From assembly GCA_964199315.1 (NCBI GenBank), contig OZ116705.1:28582001-28646000 (forward strand): a stretch of 64,000 nt of DNA. Reading direction: 5' to 3'. This DNA is from Orbicella franksi. Lineage: Eukaryota. The notes under the pieces are model-generated. The model did not search any database, was not told the DNA's origin, and worked only from the letters and a program-made list of their open reading frames with translations. The position numbers and the translations under genes were made by a program. Below are positions 49,001-58,000 of the stretch, in pieces. Numbering within the stretch: position 1 is the first letter of the stretch; every line of letters starts with the position of its first letter.

Positions 49001-52000
49001 CCCAGCAAAAAGTCTACATATGAGCAAAGTGGCCCATCAGGCCAGAGCTTATCCCAATTTCTGTAGCGTGAAGTGAATCACTAGGAGTATTTCTACTCCC
49101 CCCTGGATGGGATGCTAGTCCATCACAGGGTTACCCCCTGCATTAGGTCTGCCAGTATCCATTTATACACATGGGTGGAGAGAGGCTCTGTGAGAGTAAA
49201 GTGTCTTGCCCAAGAACACAACAAAATGTCCCCAACAAATTGTGTATTTACATGTAAGCAAACCTCAAAACTGTAGTTTCCGATACATCAAACATACAAT
49301 GTTAGCCAGGTACAACATACATCTCAAGTCAAAAATGTTCCAAAACACAGCACATTTGGAGCTTTATAGCATCTCTGAGACTAGACAACCGGAAAATCTG
49401 CAGGAGTTGATGAATATGTTGTCGTCTTATTAATGTTTTGGCATATTATTTGGTAAATAAGTTGTTAAAAATTGAAGGCTTTCGTGCAAAAAGGGTGTAT
49501 ATAACTTTTTGGGCCAATTTTGCTAAATTATGCATCATTGGGCTAATTTGCTTCACTATTTGAAGATAAAAAAGGAGATAACATGTACTATAGTTGGCAA
49601 AATCGTGTTTTCTATGACCTGAAAAAAAGCTTAATTTTTTAGGAGATTGTTTGCCTCAGGAAATAGGAGAGAACAGCAACAGTACTATATAAATTATCAA
49701 TGAAAAGCCACTCAATTTGCCTAGTGCCTGGCCCTTAATGAAACTGCTGGTGGTTGTTCGAACTTGTATGGGCCATTTACCAAGACATCTTTAACAATTC
49801 ATTGCTAAAAGATTTGAATTGAGCTTTGCACATGACAGAGTTTTAATTAGCTTGCAAAAATAATTTTGGTGACTTCTGTCATGAACAAGAAGAATAATAC
49901 AACCATGTTCACATGTCAACATTTGGAGATTGAACCAATCAAATTCGTGTGTCTCCCACTAAGCATGCTGATTGGGTACTAATATGCGTTATTGACCTTC
50001 TTATAATCAGCTTCGTCGAGCCACAGTAAGAAGTCCAACAACAGGACTGTTAGAACATGCAAATTATAGAGTTAGTAAAAGGTAATGAGCCATTGCTTGT
50101 ATCAGTCACTGCAGTTAATCTTATGTTTCACGACTACACACAACGAGTCAACATTTGTTACTTTGTGATCATCAAGAAAATTAATAATATTAAGATATTA
50201 ATTGAAAATTAATGATTTATTAACATTCCTATTAGAAATTGTGAAAATATATGAAACATTATCCAAGGCAGATGTGGCTCAAAATTCTGCTTCATATGTG
50301 GCTGACTTTGCTTTTCACATAATTTGTGTTATTATGTAATATTGAGTAATATTTATGCAACATTGCATAATTATGCAACTTTGTGTAATTATGCAACATT
50401 GTGAAATTATGCAACAAAGCCCAATGGCTATTTAAGCTATCACACCAAGCTGATCTTTTGTGACTTCAGGACTGTCATTTAACTGTCAATCAAATGGTTT
50501 TATGTATTCAGCAAGCCTGATGTGAGACTATTTGATTTTGTAGAAATCAACTCTTTACATGTGCAACTCTCTGACAGAGTCAAATAAATATGATTCTAAC
50601 TTTTATGTCTGTGAATCAAACTTCAACCCAGGGTACAAGTGTTCAAATGAAACCTCATGAGGAATGCTTTTTGTGCTACTAATTGTGATGCTGTACAAGG
50701 TGGTTCTAGCTTCTAAGTCTGTGGATGAAACCCTAATGTGTGACCATTCAAATGAAAGCTATTGAGCGGAAACATGTTTTACAGGTTTAACAGACATCAA
50801 ATTATGTAAATATTATAGCATTTTGTAAAGCTTAGCTCTAGTTTTTGTCACAATAAATACTCCTCTTTTTCTATATTGAGCAGTACTTTCATGTGGTACT
50901 GTTTATTATGCTGCACAAGGTGGTTCTAACTTTTAAAGCGTGTGGATGAAACCCTAATGTGTGACCATTCAAATGAATGCTATTGAGCAGTACTTTCATG
51001 TAGTAATAACTGAGTGTTTATTATGCTGTACAAGGTGGCTCTAACTTTGAGGTCTGTCGATGAAACCCTAGTGTGTGACCATTCAAATGAAAGCTACTGA
51101 GTAGTACTTTCATGTTGTGCTATTTATTATGCTGTGCATGGTGGTTTCTTTTATTGTTTTCATTAATGCAAAGGCTAACTAAAGCTCTTAACTTGGTAAC
51201 CTTTCCCTTCAGGTTCATGTGACAATTAACGCATAATAGTAACAGCTTGGTTTTCTTTGCATGTTGTTGTCTAATTATATAGCTTGCACGTGCTACAGTA
51301 ACTCTTGATGATGGAACTTTAGAGACAAGTGAACATAGAGTTAGCAAAAGGTTTGTGAACACAGAGTCGTGTCAAAATTAGGTTTAAACATAAAAAGCCA
51401 GCCCACCGTGACATAGTCTATGCAGCCGTTATTTGAGTTGTCACGCAACACTCCACCACTGACACAGCTGTTAGTGGGAAAGGAACGTTGTGTGACAACC
51501 ATGACAAGCACCATTACAAGTAAAAAAAAAATTTTTTTTCCATAAAAGACCAAAAATAGTTCGCTTTCCTGGAGATATCGCTTAAGGCTCGTGTGGATTT
51601 AACTGTCTTTCTTTAAAAATTGTCCACTATTTTCATATAAAAGAAGTCAGGCCACCTTAAGAAGAATGGCATTAGGGAAGATAAAAGACCAAAGATAGTT
51701 CACTTTCTTTGAAATATCCTGTGAGGCTTATGTGGATTTAACTGGCTTTCTTGCAGGCAGAAATGGCCGTATGTTATGTTCATTCACAAAACGAAAACAA
51801 AAAATAATATACATATTTGAAAACATTAACAACCTCAAATAGAATTGCTCATACCATGATGCTAGAACCAATGAAATCTCTTGAATAATGTTTATCATAC
51901 ATTTTGCCTATTATTTTTGTTCTCACTGGCTCACAGTGTATAGCTTGTTCATGATGACATCGAACTGTGATGCAATATCTGTGGACATTAACATTTAAAA

Positions 52001-55000
52001 CATGATGGCACAGGCGTCACCCCGACTTAAACCTTAATTAGATGCTGTGCGACTATTTCTCGAGAGCTAGTCCTGTTGAATAATGGCAAACATAACAGAG
52101 AAAAAACGTGATGACATGAAAATTGCGATACAAAAACGACTAATAATTTTCCAGGTCACCATGAAGAAAGCATGATTTTCAAAAATGAGCCGCAACATAT
52201 TCATGCAGTTTTAGTATAATTAAGACGCACAGGGTGTTGGGAGGAAGCTTACAATCTAGACTCTGTGTACCAGAAATTTTGAGCGTGAGATACGGAATGG
52301 CATGGGTACAGTGGGAGGTGCAGTATGTTGGAAGGTACTGGGATGTGAGATTAACAACAGCATATCATTTGCTTCCAGTCATTGCACACAGTCCTTAAGA
52401 CGGATTTTATTATTTTTTTTTTTATAACCACTATGTTATTTTACTTGATCATTGCCGTAATTCAAGCCAAACAACCAATAACCTTTACGTCGAAAAGGTA
52501 ATCAAATAAGTTCTGATAAGAGAACATTGAATTATTGTTACTGCCCTTCAATTTCTCCCAAGGTACTTCCTAAAAGTATTTGTTGACTTAGTGGTACATC
52601 TCTTTTTTTCTGTACCCTTTCTGCATCTTTAACAACCAGGCTTATTTCCTTAGGTCTGTGACAAACTTATCTTTCTGATACAATATCCTTCCCCCCCCCC
52701 CCCCCACAACCTCCTAACCCAACCCCGAACAACAGAAAAATGTTACAGCGCTTCTTTCGCTTTGCGAGGTCAAACCTATTTTATTAACTAATTAGATCAT
52801 AAGTTCGAGGTTTCTAAGCCTTTCACGTGATAATTTTTGATTACTTCTCTACGTTGTAAGTAGAACAACATGCGTTACAGAAAGATCTCACACGGTAACT
52901 TGCAATTGTGCATGTACGCAGATCGGTTTTGTCAGCAATTTCGAGTTTTAATGTCACTTAATGGTAGCCGTTCGTCTTTTCCTCTTCTAAGGATTTTTAT
53001 TATTGAGTAGTATTTCTTAATCTTCCTCCAAAACTTCAGAAAAACGAGAAAATATCAACAATTTGTAGACAAGATCTCAAGAGTCACTGGTTGCGCATTT
53101 ATGGCTTATAGTGAACGATTGCTCCACCAATCAGGCTGCAGCATTTGGTAAAATGGTAGAATTGTACTAATTAGTGTTATTCACAAACGTTTCCAAACAG
53201 CTTCGTCGTGCGACAATCCAACATCCTGTCACGGGGAATCTCGAACATGCGTCCTACCGTATAAGCAAAAGGTTGGTTACTGCTGTTTTTATCAGGTTCA
53301 TTCATATTTGGTGATTGCTTGGAGCAGAGATTCTAGGGATGGTTTTTTACAGGCTAGAATGTGAAGGCTGTTTTCATCCTACGGTCCCGATTGCCTCAGT
53401 CGTTTAGAAAACCTGCGGGGATAATTTTTTTTTAAACCAGTGACTATTGGTAATCCAAAGAAATAACCATAATTTTTTTTGACTTTGTAAACTAAATCTG
53501 GTAACAACAACAACGACTTTATTTTCTGAATTCAGATAATGCCAGGTAATGTCTAACTGTAAACAAGGTTCTAATAATTCTCAACTGACGGACTGTCTGA
53601 TTGACGGACGGACACACGAACTGAATGACTGACTGACTGACTGACAGACTGACAGACGGACGGACGGACAGACGGACTGACTGGCTGACTGACTGACTGA
53701 CCGGGACCTTACTGACTGACTGAATGACTGGCTGACTGACTGACAGACAAGTGATGAAAGAAACTAGCCAACGAACCAACTGTTGATCGACTGACTGACT
53801 GACTGACTGATGGACGGACGGACGGACTGACGACTCACTGACTGACCTACAGACAGACAGACTAGCAGCGTAAGAAACTAGCCAACAAACCAACTGTCAA
53901 TCGATCGAGGGAAAGAATCAACTAACCAACCAAAGAACTGCGCTATCCATCTACGTAATTATTAATGATTTAAACTATCGATCAAATATGAATGAGCCTA
54001 TGTTGATAACAGCTGTAACATCTTCATATGCTCGGTTTGTAATGGCTGACAATATAGAAAGACAGTTGAATCCACACTAATTGACTTGATTTTACGTTGC
54101 TCTGATATTTGATATAACGCGTTATACTGTAGACCTAACTGAATAATTATGTTTAAAGCGATTCTATATGATTTTCCAGACTTAGCGCTAAATTCTCAGA
54201 GATAATGAAGCGAAATATATTACAGCCAATCTTGAACTAATAAAATATAAACTTACATGATAAACATTATCATAACGTATTGTAGATTTGAAGATTCTTC
54301 ATTTAAACATAGGATCATGAAGACTGAATATAAGGCTAAAATAAGACATTCTATTTTTTTATTTCAAAAAAAAAATTGCACTTCATATATTTAAGTAACG
54401 GTGATTGTGGCAAAGATGAGAACATCAGGGTCTTCAAAACGTTATCTGGGCCGTGACACAATGTTCCTCAAGCGTGACAATCGTGACAGCCGCGTCGTTA
54501 TGTTACGCTCGAGAAGCGTGACGCCATAAATAACAGTAGTGACGAGCGTCTGATAGAAACATCTTCAATTTAATATCGAAAATGTCCATCGAGATAAAAC
54601 CATTCCTTTTAATTAATGAGAAAGGGAATTAATACATTTTAACTTGATCAACAATAATCAACAGATGATAATTGTAAACTTTGAAAGTTAAAATAGCGTT
54701 TGAATTGACACTTAAATGACAGTGCTGTAAAGTGTTCTGCAGCTTATTGATTGGTTTTCCATCCGGGAAATTAGTACTGATTTTATTACGGACCCGTATG
54801 TGAGAATTTCTTGAACCCGCAATTATTTGAATTCTCGGTTGTTTTCTTTTGTTAATTTATTTCATTTATTACGTTGTTTACTGTCTGTTGTGTACTTTTC
54901 TGAATTTTTATATTTTGTTTGTTTGTTTGGCTTTTTTGTTTTGTTTATTTTGTTTATTTGTTTACTTGTTTACTTCCTGTAAGTGGCTGGCTGAAGGACG

Positions 55001-58000
55001 AGGACCACGAACTCATCAGACGAGTGAGTCTGCGCATTGAAGATGTAACAGGCTTGACTATGGACACTGCTGAGGAACTACAGGTGTGTACTGTCAAGGG
55101 AGGGGTAGGAAAAATATTACCACTGCTGAAAAAGGGCGATCAATTTGATTGCTAATTGGTCTCTATTTGATCGTTACAATTTATGATTGGAAACTTCTAA
55201 TCCTCCAAACTGCTCAGTAATGTTCAAAACATTTTAGAACTTAGGAAACTGAATGGTTAATTGAGTAATTTCAAGGATGTTTGAATGGGTAGGAGGGAGG
55301 GGGGCTGAGTAGAGAGGGTACCTTTAATAGGCCATTTCCTCGTTGCTTTTTGCCTCTCTTTCAAAACGAGTCCTCTTGCAAAACCTTTCTTATCAAATGA
55401 GTTTGATTGGCATGAAAATGAACTTATAGATGAAACCCTTTTTCAAAACAATGGTTTCGCACAACAATGGTTTTAACACAGAGGCAAACGGCAACTCGGA
55501 AATGGCCTATTTCGCAAAACACCAGCCATGTCTGGCTGTTTACTGGGTCATGCCAAGAGAGGCTGAAGGGTAACAGAGTGAATCCCCCGTTAAAGGCCTT
55601 ATTCCCAAGGGAACCCCTGTCAAGTTATTTTTAGATCACTAACCTGTTTCGGAAATCCCGAGGGGGTCTAGAAACAGCCAATCATGTGACGAATTTTGCT
55701 CACGTGAACAGTCATCTCAGTCGGCTTTTCGCGCTTTTCATCCTCCGCGCAACGCGTGCGATAATATTATCCGCGGAGGAACTGGGTACCATGTCTAAAA
55801 ATAACTTGAGAGGGAATGATTATTGATTCTCTTTACTCTTCATAATCTCTGGCTCATTCACATAATTTAATATTCCAGTTTCGTCTTTGCTTACATATGT
55901 GTTTTAATTTTTTTTCTTGTAGATTGTGAACTATGGAATTGCTGGTCATTACGAACCACACTATGACTTTGCCCGAGTAAGAAAAATATTAAAGGCTTCC
56001 GTGAACAATTTGCATGAGGATAACGTGTGTACTCGTGTGCCCTCTGCAGCTTGTTAATTGTACAGTATGTTAACTCTGGTGCTGGGGTAGTCGTTACAGT
56101 AGGGCCCGGTTCGTACGTCGCATTTCGACGTCTGAATCGGCAGCTGCATTTCCGCCGCACGTTCGATTGGTCTTTTCGCATTATCCGACAGAAATGCGAC
56201 ACCGATTCAAACGTCGAATTTCTGCCGTGTTGAACCTAATACATACATCATGATGATGTATTGAGCATGCGTAAATTTGGTCTGGCCATAGAAAGAGAAA
56301 CAACGTGGCCTTTCTCGTCCCCAGTCCTACCTGGCAGAAAGGCTCATTGGCTCGATAATCATGTTGCTGATATGCTAGGTGCGATCTGCTCAGACGACTA
56401 CTTTGCAAGGACAAGTTGCAGTTTTAACCGGAGTTCTAACCTGAACATATCGCTACACATACTGCTGTATTGTCAGCCTTCTCCTTCTCGTTTGATTGAC
56501 AATTTTCCGCAACAACCCTTCGTCGTTTAGTATCTTCGTCCGCCTTATTGGATACTCTACGTTTAAGACATTTTCCGATGACTGACATACGCGACACTGC
56601 AAAAATGTTGTGTATATAACTGCGATGATCAATCATGTCTTCATACGCGACAGTATTAATTTTGAATTAACTGCGACACAAGCGCGACGTATGAACCGAG
56701 CCTTAGCTACTCCCCTAGACCAGTGGCACCACTCGGCCACAATGTCTTCCATAACTATTTGTGTGCCTGTGTTTTTCTGTTATAGGGCAATGAAGATAGG
56801 TTCACGTCACTAGGTACCGGCAATAGGATTGCTACGTTTTTGGCTTACGTAAGTCAGTGCAAAATTCCCTTTTTTAAATTAAAATATGAAACAGATTAAG
56901 TAAAATTTGAATTGGATATAGAAGTGAAATCAATCCTTATGCAGTCGTAGAAGCTGTTTATACATTCTAGAATGATCTACACTTAAAAAGGTAAAAACTG
57001 TGCATTAAGAAGAACTTATAACGGCCAAACAAATATTTTACTTCAATATAATCAATTAAGGGTCTCGACAGACTTTAGACTTAAGCTTTAGATAATAGTT
57101 CCTGTCGATAACTATTAGTGCTTGATAGAGGTTTTCTATACAGTAGAGGCAATACTATGTGTGGGAACCGAGAAAAAGAGTATCTCTGCATATGTCAGAG
57201 TTTATGGCTTGACATTGCTGGAAGCAAACTTTAGTGAAGGTTTGGCTGTCGAAAGGTGTGTCACGGAATAAGAAAACCTTTTTCGTGAGAATTGTTCGTT
57301 ATGACAACTTGAACTAAGGGACCGTTCATTTTTTATCAGGTAGGGGGGCTGGTGGGATTTGGGGGGGGGGGGGCCATGCGAAAAAAAATGGCTTTCGAGG
57401 GGGGGCCATCCCAAAAAAATAAGGGAAAAAGGGGGGGTCACGTGAAATATTTTAGTAAAACGTTAAAATGGCATAATGTTTGAATATCAAAAACATTGCT
57501 ATAGAATAAACATAGAAGGCAGGATACAAATTTATTACAAACTTTCCTTCTGCTTTAAAAAAACGTTTGGCAACAAAAAGCATTTGTAGCTACTGAAAAG
57601 AAGTATTTAACACTGTTATTTTCGAATGCAACTTTCACTGGCACTCATCTTCATCTTCGCTGTCGTCGAGTTCTTCGTCGCCGTTTGTGCTGCTATGGGA
57701 GTCTCTTTCACCAATGCTGCAAGAAGCAGCAATGCTTTCCGTCAGGGTGTACTCTTCAGGGTACATGAAGGTGTAAACATAATCTCTGACTTCCCGCTCA
57801 AGGTTGGTGGTGATTCTGCTTCTTGCAGCATTGGTGAAATAATTCCCTTCCAAGAGCTGTGCGATGTATGGCCCATCTCTTCTAAATAACGACGTGGCAA
57901 CATCCTCAACTTTAGTACACTCTTCCGGGACGGCCGTTCTAGGAGGGTACACAAGGCATTGTGGAAGATCATTTCCTAGCGGGTTTCCAACACAGATTCC

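Noticed and set aside
50594-51148. CRISPR-like array
   Set aside because: This is a eukaryotic intron, and the units are contiguous tandem copies without unique spacers.
53519-53893. 124-aa ORF (SVSQSV repeats)
   Set aside because: It is the translation of a tetranucleotide microsatellite.
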